64,000 nt of DNA from Sphingomonadaceae bacterium. GTDB taxonomy: Bacteria; Pseudomonadota; Alphaproteobacteria; Sphingomonadales; Sphingomonadaceae. A program made the translations under genes and the position numbers. Numbering within the stretch: the stretch's first letter is position 1; each line of letters opens with the position of its first letter. Location: NCBI GenBank assembly GCA_046294735.1, contig JBKBKB010000003.1, positions 228,921 to 292,920 on the forward strand. Direction: 5' to 3'. The notes beneath the pieces are model-generated. The model had not been told where the DNA came from, did not search any database, and worked only from the letters and a program-made list of their open reading frames with translations. Shown here in pieces: positions 51,230-60,840 of the stretch.

Positions 51230-53014
51230 ATGGATCACCGCATTTCTCTCAACCATGCGCGCGAGCGCCTGCAGGCGCTGTTCGGCTTTCGCGATTTTCG
51301 CGGGCGTCAGGCCGAGGTGGTGGCACGCGTGCTGGCCGGCCAGTCGACTCTGGCGGTGATGCCGACCGGGGCGGGTAAGTCGCTCACCTACCAGCTGCCT
51401 GCTACCATTTTGCAAGGCACCTGCGTGGTCATCTCCCCGTTGATCGCCCTTATGCACGACCAGCTCCGTGCTGCGCGGGCGAACGGGATCCGGGCTGCCA
51501 CGCTGACCAGCCAGGATGCCGACTGGCGCGACACAGTTGAGGCCTACCAGGCCGGGGTGCTCGACCTGCTCTACGTGGCACCCGAACGGGCCAGTCAGGC
51601 AAGCTTCCGCGACCTGCTGGGCACCGCCCCGCTGGCCCTGTTCGCCGTTGACGAAGCGCATTGCGTGTCCGAATGGGGGCACGATTTCCGCCCTGACTAT
51701 CGCCAGCTTGGCCCACTGATGGACCTTTATCCCGGTGTTCCGCGGCTGGCCCTCACCGCCACGGCCGATGCCCGCACCCGGGCCGATATCCTTGCCCAGC
51801 TCGGCATCCCGGAAGATGGGATGATCGTGTCCGGGTTCGACCGGCCCAACATCCGCTATGCGCTGCGCCACCGGGACAACCCGGTGCGCCAGGTGGGGGC
51901 GCTGATGGCGGCGAATCCGGGGCCGGGGATCGTCTATGTGCCGACCCGGCGCAAGGCGGAGGATCTGGCGGACAAGCTCGCCGCTGCCACCGGCCGCCCG
52001 GTCCTTCCCTATCACGCGGGCCTGGCGCCTGAGGTGCGCGCCGCCAACCAGGCCGCCTTTGTTGCCAGCGAGGACATGGTAATGGTGGCGACCGTCGCCT
52101 TTGGCATGGGGATCGACAAGCCCGATGTGCGGTTCGTGGCCCATGCCGGTATCCCCAAGTCGATCGAGGCCTATTATCAGGAAACTGGCCGCGCCGGGCG
52201 AGATGGCGATCCGGCCGAAGCGCTGCTGCTGTGGGGTGCGGGCGATTTTGCCATGGCGCGCCAGCGGCTGGCGGAACTCCCGCTCGAGCGGCAGGCGGGC
52301 GAACGCGCCCGGCTCGACGCGCTGGCGGCGCTGGTCGAAACGCCGGGGTGCCGCCGGGCGGTGCTGCTGCGCCATTTCGGCGAGGACCCGCCCAAGGCTT
52401 GCGGCAATTGCGACAACTGCCTTGAAGCACCCGGCGTGACCGACGCGACCGAAACTGCGCGCAAGCTTCTGTCGGCGGTCTACCGGACCGGACAGAGCTT
52501 TGGCCTGGGCCACCTGCAGAAGGTGCTGACCGGGGGGGCGGATGACCGGATTGTCCAACGCGGCCATGACCGGTTGAGCGTGTACGGGATAGTAGGCACG
52601 GATGAGGCCCGTCTGCTGCAGCCGATCGCCCGGGCCTTGCAGGCGCGGGGCAGTCTGGTCGCCAACGAGCATGGCGGGCTGGCGTTGGCGGGCGATGCGC
52701 CAGCTATCCTGAAAGGTGAGATGAGGGTCGAGATCGTTGTCCCGCCCACTGACCGACGCAAGAGCAAGGGGGCATTGGGGCAGGAAGCCAACCCCGTGGG
52801 CGATCCGTTGTTCGACGCCTTGCGCGAACTCAGGCGCACGCTGGCCGCGCAAGGGGGCGTGCCGCCCTACGTGGTGTTCCACGATGCCACGCTGCGGGCG
52901 ATGGCGACGCAGCGGCCGCAGACGCTGGCGCAATTGGGCGCCCTGCCAGGCGTCGGCACACGCAAGCTGGAGGCCTATGGGGCCGTCTTCCTTGAACTGG
53001 TGCGGCGGTTCTAG
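51230..53014 (+). CDS. recQ: ATP-dependent DNA helicase RecQ
   Basis: [42 protein letters not shown], the Zn-binding CGNCDNC and a C-terminal HRDC region. ATG 51230 lies inside track ORF 51158..53014. Confidence 0.95.
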   Translation: MDHRISLNHARERLQALFGFRDFRGRQAEVVARVLAGQSTLAVMPTGAGKSLTYQLPATILQGTCVVISPLIALMHDQLRAARANGIRAATLTSQDADWRDTVEAYQAGVLDLLYVAPERASQASFRDLLGTAPLALFAVDEAHCVSEWGHDFRPDYRQLGPLMDLYPGVPRLALTATADARTRADILAQLGIPEDGMIVSGFDRPNIRYALRHRDNPVRQVGALMAANPGPGIVYVPTRRKAEDLADKLAAATGRPVLPYHAGLAPEVRAANQAAFVASEDMVMVATVAFGMGIDKPDVRFVAHAGIPKSIEAYYQETGRAGRDGDPAEALLLWGAGDFAMARQRLAELPLERQAGERARLDALAALVETPGCRRAVLLRHFGEDPPKACGNCDNCLEAPGVTDATETARKLLSAVYRTGQSFGLGHLQKVLTGGADDRIVQRGHDRLSVYGIVGTDEARLLQPIARALQARGSLVANEHGGLALAGDAPAILKGEMRVEIVVPPTDRRKSKGALGQEANPVGDPLFDALRELRRTLAAQGGVPPYVVFHDATLRAMATQRPQTLAQLGALPGVGTRKLEAYGAVFLELVRRF

Positions 53015-53024
53015 TTCGCCAGCC

Positions 53025-53807
53025 CTAGCGGGCCAGCAGCACCGGCATTTCGAGCTCTGCGAGCAGGCCGCCGGTCGCACTGCCAAGGACCAGCCGACGC
53101 AGGCTCGAATGGGCGAAGGCGCCCATGACGAGCAGGCTGGCACCCCCCGCTTGAGCTTCTTCCTGAAGCGCTGCCGCGATCGAGCGGCCACCAAGCTCGG
53201 CAAATGCGTGGCTGGCCGACACGCCCCGCCGCCCGGTAGCTTCGACCACCATGGCAGGCTCGATACCGCCGGGCAGATCTTTTTCCCCCGTCACAGTCAG
53301 GAAGCTTGCCGTTTCCACCGGTAACAGGGCCAGAGCATCGCCCAGCGCCCGCGCCGCGCTCGCCGAACTGTCCCACGCGACGGCAACACGCGCCGTTTCC
53401 GCCGCGCTTTCGGCTGACGGCGGCACCAGCAGGACCGGGCGGCCGCTCTGGAACAGCAGATGCTCGGCAAGGTCGCGCTCGCTCAACAGGCTGTTGTCAT
53501 CAGTCCCGATCACCACCAGGTCGTGCAGGCGGGCATGGAGGCTGATCGCCTCATGCACGGTTACCGCATGGGAATGGGTGGTCATGACAGTGCAGTCCAC
53601 CCCGGCCCCGCGGGCGGCCTCTGCAATGGCATCGGCAACGGCGGCCGGGTCGGCGGCAGGGCCCGGGGTGGTCACGTCAAGCGCGACGGCGAAGGCGGTC
53701 AGGTTGGCACCGCATGCTCTGGCGAGAGCCACCGCATAAGCGGGTGGCCCGGCCCAGATGGCGCCGCTTTCGGCGGGTACGAACAGGAAAATGGAACGCA
53801 GGGCCAT
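53025..53807 (-). CDS. Tandem universal stress protein (UspA family)
   Basis: Two USP halves with DLVVIGTD...PVLLVP and LLVMGAFAHSSLRRLVLGSATGGLL...PVLLA. Lies 13 nt downstream of terC. Confidence 0.8.
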   Translation of the reverse strand: MALRSIFLFVPAESGAIWAGPPAYAVALARACGANLTAFAVALDVTTPGPAADPAAVADAIAEAARGAGVDCTVMTTHSHAVTVHEAISLHARLHDLVVIGTDDNSLLSERDLAEHLLFQSGRPVLLVPPSAESAAETARVAVAWDSSASAARALGDALALLPVETASFLTVTGEKDLPGGIEPAMVVEATGRRGVSASHAFAELGGRSIAAALQEEAQAGGASLLVMGAFAHSSLRRLVLGSATGGLLAELEMPVLLAR

Positions 53808-53820
53808 AGGTTACGGTTCC

Positions 53821-54816
53821 TTATGTTTCGGACTGTGGTTCGACCGGCTCATCCCGGGTCTTCCACAGCGAATAGCCGATCCCCGCGCCGATCAGGCCCA
53901 GAGTTACCCCCAGGCTCACCAGCGGCGGGAACTTGGTGCCGCCCATTACGAAATCGGAGATGAAGATCTTCGACCCGATGAAAATCAGCACCACCGCCAG
54001 AGCGTACTTCAGATAGTGGAACCGGTGGATCATCGCCGCCAGCGCGAAATAGAGCGCCCGCAGCCCGAGGATCGCCATGATGTTGCTGGTGTAGACAATG
54101 AAGGTGTCAGTGGTGATCGCAAAGATGGCGGGCACCGAATCGACCGCGAATACCAGGTCGGCAATGTTGATCACCACCAGGGCCAGCAGCAAAGGGGTGG
54201 CTGCCAGCACCAGTTTTCCGGTCGCGGCATCCGGCACCCGAACCAGGAACCTGTGCCCGTGCAATTCCGGGGTTACCCGCATGTGGCGGGCAATCCACTT
54301 GATTGCCGCGTTGTTGGCGATGTCGGGATCGCTGTCTTCGGTGAACAGCATCTTGATCCCGGTCACGATCAGGAAGGCGGCGAACAGGTAGAGCACCCAG
54401 TAAGCCTGCTCGACCAGCGCAGCGCCCCCGGCGATCATCAACCCGCGCAGCACGATGACGGCGAGAATGCCCCACAACAAGGCGCGGTACTGGTATTTGC
54501 GCGGGATCGCGAAGTAGGTGAAGATCAGGCTGATCACGAACACGTTGTCAATCGACAGCGCCTTTTCGATGAAATAGCCGGTGTAGTACTTCAGCCCCAG
54601 ATCGGCCCCGCGTTCCAGCCAGATCCACACCCCGAACACCATCGCAACCGCGATGTAGAACACGCTCAGGCGAAGCGATTCGGCGATCCCCAGTTCGCGG
54701 TCGTCCTTGTGCAGGACGCCGAGGTCGAACGCGGTCAGGGCCAGAACCAGGGTAATGAACACGCCCCAGAACCAGACGGGTGTGCCGAGCCAGTCGGCGA
54801 GCAGGAATTCGGGCAA
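53821..54816 (-). CDS. TerC/Alx-family integral membrane protein
   Basis: GYFIEKALSIDNVFV and AVDSVPAIFAIT motifs. TTG start with GGAG 6 nt upstream. Confidence 0.85.
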   Translation of the reverse strand: MPEFLLADWLGTPVWFWGVFITLVLALTAFDLGVLHKDDRELGIAESLRLSVFYIAVAMVFGVWIWLERGADLGLKYYTGYFIEKALSIDNVFVISLIFTYFAIPRKYQYRALLWGILAVIVLRGLMIAGGAALVEQAYWVLYLFAAFLIVTGIKMLFTEDSDPDIANNAAIKWIARHMRVTPELHGHRFLVRVPDAATGKLVLAATPLLLALVVINIADLVFAVDSVPAIFAITTDTFIVYTSNIMAILGLRALYFALAAMIHRFHYLKYALAVVLIFIGSKIFISDFVMGGTKFPPLVSLGVTLGLIGAGIGYSLWKTRDEPVEPQSET

Positions 54817-55041
54817 GGTCAGCTCCCTGATACGCGGATATGCTGTCGTGTCGGACCGGATGCGCCGTGCCGGACAAGTTGGTCAGGGGGGGTAAGGACT
54901 GAAACGGCCCCCGCTCCGATCACGGCAACATCAGATGCGGTCCGACATCACGCTGCAACCGGACTAGGGCCGGCTGCCAGCGCCAGAGGGGCCCGGGCCG
55001 CAGGCGCGATTTGGACCCGTTCGCGGCCGCTTTCAAGGGGA

Positions 55042-55070
55042 TTGACACCGATCTTATTTCTGACATTAAT
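55042..55070 (+). promoter_or_regulatory. Sigma70-like promoter candidate (TTGACA-N17-ATTAAT) for the SPFH operon
   Basis: TTGACA at 55042-55047 and ATTAAT at 55065-55070, within the most AT-rich stretch of the window. Confidence 0.45.
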
Positions 55071-55098
55071 ATGATATCATTTTTATTGGCAGGGGCAG

Positions 55099-56019
55099 GT
55101 GATGGTCAACGAACTGAAGGGCATGAATGTTAGCCGGGAACGGCCCGCCCGCGCTTACAATGGTTATGTCATGCTGCTGGCACTGGTTGCCTCGGCAGTG
55201 CTGGTTGGCTTGATCCTGGCTGGCGGTGCGCCGCCGGCGAGCGTCAGCCAGGGTGCAAAGCTGGCTTACGTTAGCCTGGTGGCTGCCCTTTCAGTGGCAT
55301 TTCTTCTGATTTTATGCGGGTTTTTCATGATCCAGCCCAACCAGACGGCCGTGATAACCCTGTTCGGTGCCTACAGCGGAACCGAACGGACCGAAGGTCT
55401 GCGGTGGGTATGGCCATGGATGATGCGCAAGAAGATCAGTGCCCGCGCGCACAACGTCCATTCCGAACGGGTCAAGATCAATGACCTGCGCGGCAACCCG
55501 ATCGAGATTGCCTGCAATGTGGTGTGGCGCGTGCGCGATACCGCGCAGGCCGCATTCGATGTCGACGACTACAAGGAATTTGTCGAGATCCAGATTGAGG
55601 CCGGCCTGCGCACGGTCGGCGCGCGCCATCCCTATGATGACATGAGCGACGAGGACGAGACCACGCTGCGCGGCAGCGCCGACGTGGTCAATCACGAACT
55701 GTGCGAGGAGCTCAACGAACGGTTGCAGGTTGCCGGGATCGTGGTTGACGAGGCCGGGCTTACACACCTTGCCTATGCGCCGGAAATTGCCGGGGCGATG
55801 CTGCGCCGCCAGCAGGCCGATGCGGTCATTGCGGCGCGCAAGAAAGTGGTGATCGGCGCCGTGGGGATGGTCGAGGACGCGCTCGCCAAGCTGAGCGAGG
55901 ACGGCATTGTCGAGCTGGACGACGAACGCAGGGCGGCGATGGTTTCGAACCTGTTGATCGTGCTGTGCGGTGACCGGGAGGCGCAGCCGGTGGTCAATAC
56001 GGGGACGCTCTACCAGTAA
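55099..56019 (+). CDS. SPFH/Band 7 domain membrane protein
   Basis: N-terminal TM segments, then the SPFH core ([13 protein letters not shown]...[19 protein letters not shown]...). The track start at 55099 is a GTG; ATG 55102 is an alternative. Confidence 0.85.
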   Translation: MMVNELKGMNVSRERPARAYNGYVMLLALVASAVLVGLILAGGAPPASVSQGAKLAYVSLVAALSVAFLLILCGFFMIQPNQTAVITLFGAYSGTERTEGLRWVWPWMMRKKISARAHNVHSERVKINDLRGNPIEIACNVVWRVRDTAQAAFDVDDYKEFVEIQIEAGLRTVGARHPYDDMSDEDETTLRGSADVVNHELCEELNERLQVAGIVVDEAGLTHLAYAPEIAGAMLRRQQADAVIAARKKVVIGAVGMVEDALAKLSEDGIVELDDERRAAMVSNLLIVLCGDREAQPVVNTGTLYQ

Positions 56020-56033
56020 GCGCCGCGCCCGCC

Positions 56034-56240
56034 ATGATGTCCAGCCCACCCACCAGAAAGGCCTTTGCCCTCCGGCTCGATCCGGCGGTCCATGCTGCAG
56101 TCGAGCGGCTGGCTGCGGCTGAACTGCGTAGCGCCAATGCCCAGATCGAGATGCTGCTGCGCGAGGCGCTGGAGCGGCGTGGGATCAAGTCCGACCATAC
56201 CAGACCGACCCGCCGTGGCCGCCCCCCGAAAGGAGAATGA
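56034..56240 (+). CDS. Arc/MetJ-type ribbon-helix-helix DNA-binding protein
   Basis: KAFALRLDPAVHAAVERLAAAELRSANAQIEMLLREAL fits a beta-strand plus two helices RHH pattern, followed by a basic tail. Confidence 0.6.
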   Translation: MMSSPPTRKAFALRLDPAVHAAVERLAAAELRSANAQIEMLLREALERRGIKSDHTRPTRRGRPPKGE

Positions 56241-56243
56241 ACA

Positions 56244-56501
56244 ATGCTGCACAAGTTCTTTGAAGAGGGCCACTGGTTCGAACCCAAGAAGCTTGGCTAC
56301 GGCGCGGGCTTGCCGATCGCATGGCAAGGCTGGGTCCTGCTGGCGGCCTACACTGGCGTGATTGCGGGCTTCTGCCTGCTATTGACCCGCGGCGGCGTGA
56401 CCGGCTTTGTTCTTGGAGCGCTCGGCATTGTAGCGGCGACAATCGCGCTCGTGTTGATCGCCAGGGTGCGCACCCGGGGCGGATGGAAGTGGCGGGGGTG
56501 A
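56244..56501 (+). CDS. Small two-TM membrane protein (hypothetical)
   Basis: 85-aa track ORF starting 3 nt after the RHH gene, with two hydrophobic segments. Confidence 0.5.
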   Translation: MLHKFFEEGHWFEPKKLGYGAGLPIAWQGWVLLAAYTGVIAGFCLLLTRGGVTGFVLGALGIVAATIALVLIARVRTRGGWKWRG

Positions 56502-56565
56502 TGCCGGTCGGAATCAGGTACCGATCGGGCTTGCTCTTCGCCAGTGTATTGTCCATCTAAAGCAC

Positions 56566-57072
56566 ATGGACGAAACCCCCGCTGCACCGCTGCCTGTACC
56601 TTCCCTTGGCGACGACGAGACGCTGACCCCGCTTCACCCCGATCATGTCAAGGTGCTCAGGATCCAGGCGGCGCTGTTCACCGCACCGCTGATCATTGGC
56701 GGGCTGGTGCTGGAAACGGCGGGACTGCTCCCGCTCGGCGTGATCTTCGTGCCGGTGGTGCTGCTGGCGCTGTGGATTGTCATCCAGGTGCCGCTCAAGC
56801 GCTATCACGCGAAGGGCTATGTCATGGGCGAGGACCGGCTGCGGGTGGCGCGCGGGCTGTTGTTCCGCAGCGACAGCGTGGTCCCGTTCGGGCGGGTCCA
56901 GCACATCGATCTCGATCAGGGGCCGGTCGAGCGGTTGTATGACCTTGCGACGCTGACGGTCCATACCGCAGGCACGCACAATGCCTCGGTTCGCCTGCCG
57001 GGCCTTGCCAACGCGGATGCGGTGACCATGCGTGAGGCCATCCGCGCCCATATCCGGCGCGAGACGCTGTGA
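56566..57072 (+). CDS. Bacterial PH-domain (bPH_2) membrane protein, YdbS-like
   Basis: Two TM segments, then GEDRLRVARGLLFRSDSVVPFGRVQHIDLDQGPVERLYDLATLTVHTAG. Confidence 0.75.
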   Translation: MDETPAAPLPVPSLGDDETLTPLHPDHVKVLRIQAALFTAPLIIGGLVLETAGLLPLGVIFVPVVLLALWIVIQVPLKRYHAKGYVMGEDRLRVARGLLFRSDSVVPFGRVQHIDLDQGPVERLYDLATLTVHTAGTHNASVRLPGLANADAVTMREAIRAHIRRETL

Positions 57073-58580
57073 GCGAGGCTACGGTTATTCCTCTGGCCGA
57101 ACCGCGCCGGACGGCACCGGTTGGCCTGCTGGTCAAGGCAGTCGCGGGCTTGCGCCAGTCGATTGCCGGGATCGCCGCGCTGGTGTTCCTCATGCGCGAC
57201 CAGGGTTCGATCTTCTGGATCGCGCTGGGTGTGGTCCTGCTGGTGGCAGCGATCAACGTGATCGTGGCCGGCCTGCAGTGGCACCGGCTGACTTTCCATG
57301 TCGGAGACGAGGACATCCGTCTGGAAAGCGGCGTGGTGGCGCGCACGGCGCGCTCGGTGCCCTATGAACGGATCCAGGATATCAGCCTGGAGCAGGGGCC
57401 GCTGGCGCGGCTGTTGGGGCTGGTCGAAGTGCGGTTCGAGACCGGGGCAGGCGGGGCGGACGACCTTTCGCTGACCTACCTGACCGTGGCCGAGGGCGAG
57501 GAGCTGCGCGAACTGGTCCGCGCCCGGCGCGATCTGGCCCCGGTCGAACCGGGCGAGGACGCTGCTGCGCCGCCCGCCGCGGCACCGGTTCTGTTCGCGA
57601 TGGGCCCGCGCCGGGTACTGACTTTCGGGCTGTTCGAATTCTCACTGGCGGTAATCGCGGTGCTGTTCGGGGTGACGCAGCAATTCGATTTCCTGCTGCC
57701 GTTCGACATCTGGGACTTCGATCGGTGGGAAGAACGGCTGGCCGGCCCTGGGGCGCAGCTCGCCGGGCTTGGCGCGGCGGTGCAGGTTATCGGCGGAATG
57801 ATCGCTGCAGCGTCGATCCTGCTGCTCGGATTTGCAACCGGCGTGGTGCGGACCGCCTTGCGTGAATGGGGCTTCCTGCTGGAGCGGACCGACAAGGGCT
57901 TCCGCCGCAAGCGGGGCCTGCTCACCCGCACCGACGTGGTCATGCCGGTTCACCGGGTGCAGGCGATGACCATGGGCACACGCCTGCTGCGCCGCCTGTT
58001 CGGCTGGCATGGCCTGTCATTCGTCAGTCTGGCGCAGGACGCGGGATCGGCCAACCATGTGGTCGCTCCGTTCGGGAAGAAGGACGAGCTGTGGCCGGTG
58101 GCGCAGGCAGCCGGGTTCAGCCCGCCGCCCGAGGACGCGCACTGGCACCGGGCGAGCACGGCCTACCGGTTCGATGCCATGCTGCTGGCGGTCATGCTCC
58201 CGGTCATTGCGGCGGCAGTCGTGATCGGGCTGGGCCAGTTCCTGTGGGCGCTGCTGCCACTGACGATCGGCGCGATTCTGGTGACAGGCGAATGGATTGC
58301 CTGGCGCAAGACCGAACATCTGCTTGACGAACGGCAGGTGATCGCCCGGCGCGGCTGGCTGGCCCCCCGGCTGGACATTGCGCCCCGGGTCAAGCTGCAG
58401 TCGGTCGATTTCCGGCAGGGCCCGCTGGGCCGCTGGCACGGCTATGGTACCCTCCACCTTGGCCTTGCCGGCGGTGCGTTTGAAATCCCCGGCGTGCCGG
58501 TGGAGCGTGGACGCGCGGTGCGCGATGCCGTGCTCGCCAGCATTGCCGAGACCGATTTCAGCGCCCTCAATCGCGATTAG
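57069..58580 (+). CDS. Triple bPH-domain membrane protein, YdbT-like
   Basis: Three repeats of the R(I/V)Q...QGP(L)xRxxG pattern separated by TM pairs. The GTG start overlaps the ydbS-like stop (GTGA). Confidence 0.75.
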   Translation: MSEATVIPLAEPRRTAPVGLLVKAVAGLRQSIAGIAALVFLMRDQGSIFWIALGVVLLVAAINVIVAGLQWHRLTFHVGDEDIRLESGVVARTARSVPYERIQDISLEQGPLARLLGLVEVRFETGAGGADDLSLTYLTVAEGEELRELVRARRDLAPVEPGEDAAAPPAAAPVLFAMGPRRVLTFGLFEFSLAVIAVLFGVTQQFDFLLPFDIWDFDRWEERLAGPGAQLAGLGAAVQVIGGMIAAASILLLGFATGVVRTALREWGFLLERTDKGFRRKRGLLTRTDVVMPVHRVQAMTMGTRLLRRLFGWHGLSFVSLAQDAGSANHVVAPFGKKDELWPVAQAAGFSPPPEDAHWHRASTAYRFDAMLLAVMLPVIAAAVVIGLGQFLWALLPLTIGAILVTGEWIAWRKTEHLLDERQVIARRGWLAPRLDIAPRVKLQSVDFRQGPLGRWHGYGTLHLGLAGGAFEIPGVPVERGRAVRDAVLASIAETDFSALNRD

Positions 58581-58876
58581 GCGCGCAGGTCCGCCCAATC
58601 GGGGTTGCGGCGGAATTTCGCCTCGACATAGGAACACTGCGGCACGATCCGGAACCCTTGCGTGCGCGCATCTGCGACCAGCGCTTCAACCATCGCGGCC
58701 GCGATGCCGCGGCCTTCGAGTTCCTGCGGCACCAGCGTATGGTCAGCCACCCGCACGGCTTCGCCACGCGCTTTCCAGGTCAGCCGCCCGACCTTGTCGG
58801 TCCCTGGTACAGCCGCGCGGTATTCACCGCGGGCGCCGCTGTCGTGGTGGGTGATGTCGAGCCCTTCAATGGCCAA
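58577..58876 (-). CDS. Small GNAT-fold N-acetyltransferase (YjdJ-like, about 99 aa)
   Basis: HTLVPQELEGRGIAAAMVEALVADARTQGFRIVPQCSYV. TTG start at 58876 with GAAGGAGA 6 nt upstream. The longer track ORF 58577..59938 is an antisense extension. Confidence 0.75.
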   Translation of the reverse strand: MAIEGLDITHHDSGARGEYRAAVPGTDKVGRLTWKARGEAVRVADHTLVPQELEGRGIAAAMVEALVADARTQGFRIVPQCSYVEAKFRRNPDWADLRA

Positions 58877-58898
58877 GATGCGTCTCCTTCTTGCCAAC

Positions 58899-58924
58899 AA
58901 CGTGCGGGCCGCTAGGGGCGTTCC
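58899..58924 (-). promoter_or_regulatory. Canonical EcfG-type promoter GGAAC-N17-CGTT driving the small GNAT gene
   Basis: On the minus strand, GGAAC is at 58924-58920 and CGTT at 58902-58899, about 22 nt upstream of the TTG start. Confidence 0.7.
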
Positions 58925-58927
58925 ACC

Positions 58928-59935
58928 ATGCAGTTCCTGTCCGACAACGCCGCCGCCGTCCACCCCCGTGTCTGGACCGCGATGCAGGCCGCCGATGCGC
59001 CAGACGCGCCCTATGACGGGGACGCGCTGAGCAAGGACCTCGACGCGCGATTTGCGGACCTGTTCGGGCGCGATTGCGCGGTGCTGTGGGTCGCCACCGG
59101 AACGGCCGCCAATTGCCTGGCACTCGCCGCCATGTGCTCGCCCCACGGCGGGGTGGTGTGCCACCGCGAAGCGCACATCGAGGTCGACGAGGGCGGCGCG
59201 CCGGGGTTCTATCTCCACGGGGCCAAGCTGATGCTGGCCGAGGGGTGCAGAGAATCGGGGGGCGCCAAGCTGACCCCTGATGCCATCCGCGCCGTGATCG
59301 ACCCGATCCGCGATGACGTGCACCAGGTGCAGCCGAATGCAATCTCCGTGACGCAGGCAAGCGAGTATGGCCGCGTTTATCGGCCGGCCGAACTGGCGGC
59401 GATCGGTGCGCTGGCCGAAGAGCGGAAACTGGGCTTCCATGTCGATGGGGCGCGGTTCGCCAATGCGGTTGCCTTTCTGGGTTGCTCGCCAGCGCAAGCC
59501 GTCGGTCCGGCCCAGGCGCTCAGCTTCGGCTGCGTCAAGAACGGCGGGATGAGCGCCGAGGCGATCGTGTTCTTCGATCCCGCACTGGCCGATGTCGCCC
59601 GCTATCGCCGCAAGCGGGCCGGGCACCTGCAATCGAAGGGCCGGTACCTTGCCGCACAGCTGGTCGCGATGCTGGACGGCGACCTGTGGCTGGAGAATGC
59701 CCGCGCCGCCAATGCTGCTGCCGCTGAAATCGCCGCAGCCTGCGCGGACCGTTTGCTCCACCCGGTCGAAGCCAACGAGGTGTTCGTCCGGCTGAGTGCG
59801 GCAGAGCGCGAGGCGCTGCGCGCGCAGGGGTTCGGCTTTTATGACTGGGGCGGCGATGCCGCGCGGTTCGTAACTGCCTGGAACACGCGCGAGGACGACG
59901 CGAGCGCGCTGGCCCGGGCCATAACCAGCCTGTGA
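58928..59935 (+). CDS. ltaE: Low-specificity threonine aldolase (beta-eliminating lyase family)
   Basis: FLSDNAAAVHPRVW...ATGTAANCLALA...VKNGG. Confidence 0.82.
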   Translation: MQFLSDNAAAVHPRVWTAMQAADAPDAPYDGDALSKDLDARFADLFGRDCAVLWVATGTAANCLALAAMCSPHGGVVCHREAHIEVDEGGAPGFYLHGAKLMLAEGCRESGGAKLTPDAIRAVIDPIRDDVHQVQPNAISVTQASEYGRVYRPAELAAIGALAEERKLGFHVDGARFANAVAFLGCSPAQAVGPAQALSFGCVKNGGMSAEAIVFFDPALADVARYRRKRAGHLQSKGRYLAAQLVAMLDGDLWLENARAANAAAAEIAAACADRLLHPVEANEVFVRLSAAEREALRAQGFGFYDWGGDAARFVTAWNTREDDASALARAITSL

Positions 59936-60840
59936 CAAGCGCCCCGCCGCACGCCCTGCTGCGCCCGCGCATTGCGCTACCGTTCATCGTGGTGGCGCTG
60001 ATCTGGGGCAGCACTTGGTATGTCATTACCGGGCAGATTGCTGAAGTCCCGGCCAGTTGGTCGATTGCTTACCGTTTTGCCATGGCCACCCCGGCGATGT
60101 TCGTGGTCGCGCTGGTCATGCGTCAGCCGCTCGAGCTTGGCCGGGCGGGGCACCTGCTGGCCGTGCTGATTGGCCTCACCCAGTTCTGCGGCAATTTCAA
60201 TTTCGTCTACCGGGCTGAGCTGCACCTGACTTCAGGCATTGTCGCAGTGATGTTCGGGATGCTGATGGTGCCCAATGCCCTGCTCGGCCGCTGGTGGCTG
60301 GGGCAGCAGGTGACGCCGCGCTTTCTGCTCGGCAGCCTGGTTGCGATTGCCGGGATTGCCTTGCTGCTGGTGCACGAGGCGCAGACCGCGCGGCTCGACG
60401 GCAACGTGCTGCTCGGCGTGGTGCTCGCGGTGGGCGGGATCCTGTCGGCGTCGATTGCCAACGTGGTCCAGGCCAACCGGACCGGGCGCAGCCTGCCGAT
60501 GGTCAGCCTGCTGGCCTGGTCGATGCTTTACGGAACGGCGTTCGACATTGCGCTGGCTTGGACGACTGCCGGCCCGCCGATCTTTCCCGCCTCTTCCGCC
60601 TTCTGGGCCGGGACAGCGTGGCTGGCGCTGGCCGGATCGGTGGTCACCTTCCCGCTCTACTACACTATCGTGCGAGAGATCGGGCCGGGCCGCGCGGCCT
60701 ATAACGGCGTGCTGGTGATCGTGGTGGCGATGCTGATCTCGACCTTTGTCGAGGGCTATCAATGGTCGCTGTTGGCCGCAGCGGGGGCGGTGCTGGGCAC
60801 GGGCGGCATGATCCTGGCCTTGCGCGCTCGTCAGGCCTGA
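59932..60840 (+). CDS. EamA/DMT-family transporter
   Basis: Ten TM segments in two EamA halves. The GTG start overlaps the ltaE stop. Confidence 0.82.
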   Translation: MTSAPPHALLRPRIALPFIVVALIWGSTWYVITGQIAEVPASWSIAYRFAMATPAMFVVALVMRQPLELGRAGHLLAVLIGLTQFCGNFNFVYRAELHLTSGIVAVMFGMLMVPNALLGRWWLGQQVTPRFLLGSLVAIAGIALLLVHEAQTARLDGNVLLGVVLAVGGILSASIANVVQANRTGRSLPMVSLLAWSMLYGTAFDIALAWTTAGPPIFPASSAFWAGTAWLALAGSVVTFPLYYTIVREIGPGRAAYNGVLVIVVAMLISTFVEGYQWSLLAAAGAVLGTGGMILALRARQA

